Source: Thermoplasmata archaeon
GTDB lineage: Archaea; Thermoplasmatota; Thermoplasmata; Lutacidiplasmatales; UBA184
NCBI GenBank assembly: GCA_035502015.1
Contig: DATJVA010000126.1
Location: forward strand, 1 to 51,254
Direction of reading: 5' to 3'
DNA length: 51,254 nucleotides
The translations under genes were made by a program, and so were the position numbers. The notes under the pieces are model-generated. The model had not been told where the DNA came from. It made no database searches and saw nothing but the letters and a program-made list of their open reading frames with translations. How positions within the stretch are numbered: the first letter of the stretch is position 1; each line of letters begins with the position of its first letter. Shown here in pieces: positions 51,123 through 51,254 of the stretch.

Positions 51123-51197
51123 TGGGACTGGCCAGATTTGGACTGGCGTCTCGGAGTCCCGAACCCCGAAGGATGGACCAAGCTACCCCACAGTCCC
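51123..51197 (-). tRNA. tRNA-Pro (anticodon CGG) with atypical T-loop (UCCAAAU)
   Basis: Hand fold of the minus strand: GGGACTG-TG-GGGT-AGCTTGGTCCA-TCCT-T-CGGGG-TTCGGGA-CTCCG-AGAC-GCCAG-TCCAAAT-CTGGC-CAGTCCC-A. U33, G37, A14, G18G19 and A21 are present. TATA-like TTCAAATAGC lies ~30 nt upstream (plus-strand coordinates 51227-36). Confidence 0.7.
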
Positions 51198-51254
51198 GGA
51201 CGCGGCGGTTGCCAGCCGCCCCCGCTATTTGAACGTAAGGGCGAGAGCGGGGGG

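Noticed and set aside
1-51254. CRISPR arrays, IS elements/transposases, integrases, prophage or toxin-antitoxin/defence islands, rRNA genes
   Set aside because: Visual inspection found no regularly spaced direct repeats, no DDE/serine/tyrosine recombinase-like ORFs, no terminal inverted repeats flanking ORFs, and no rRNA-like conserved stretches. tRNA genes are not flanked by integrase genes.

Overview
High-G+C, densely coding archaeal chromosome segment (G+C judged by eye, not computed). Archaeal origin is shown by the exosome/proteasome superoperon (psmA-sdo1-rrp4-rrp41-rrp42-rpl37ae-rpoP, minus strand, 3.7-8.1 kb), aSUI1, RadB, archaeal-type GlyRS, Trm1, a spliced tRNA-Trp with a bulge-helix-bulge intron, and TATA boxes about 25-30 nt upstream of many start codons (leaderless-type organisation). 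A Thermoplasmatota-like uncultured lineage is my guess only. Most of the window is housekeeping: DNA repair (ogt, radB, uvrB, Lhr-type helicase), RNA processing (RNase J-like beta-CASP, exosome, trm1), translation (glyS, sui1, three tRNAs), cofactor and nucleotide metabolism (moeA, purQ, larE-like), and transporters (btuFCD-like importer, ABC-2 exporter, Wzx-like flippase, orphan dppBC permeases). I saw no CRISPR array, transposase, rRNA or obvious defence island. The long Arg/Pro/Gly-rich ORFs in the six-frame track are antisense shadow ORFs typical of high-GC DNA. The most interesting items are: (1) a GcvH-like (lipoyl-Lys replaced by Arg)-TusA-like fusion convergent with a rhodanese; (2) a 744-aa membrane-anchored protein built from three ~205-aa tandem repeats separated by CxxC linkers, downstream of a small wHTH gene and a poly-proline membrane protein; (3) the 89-nt tRNA-Trp intron with two alternative antisense partners for the anticodon loop and box-C-like motifs; (4) a perfect 18-bp palindrome operator candidate next to a small wHTH-like / TM-zinc-ribbon gene pair; (5) a ~490-nt strand-asymmetric non-coding gap after the orphan dppBC genes. 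All functional calls come from motif recognition by eye; no database search was run.
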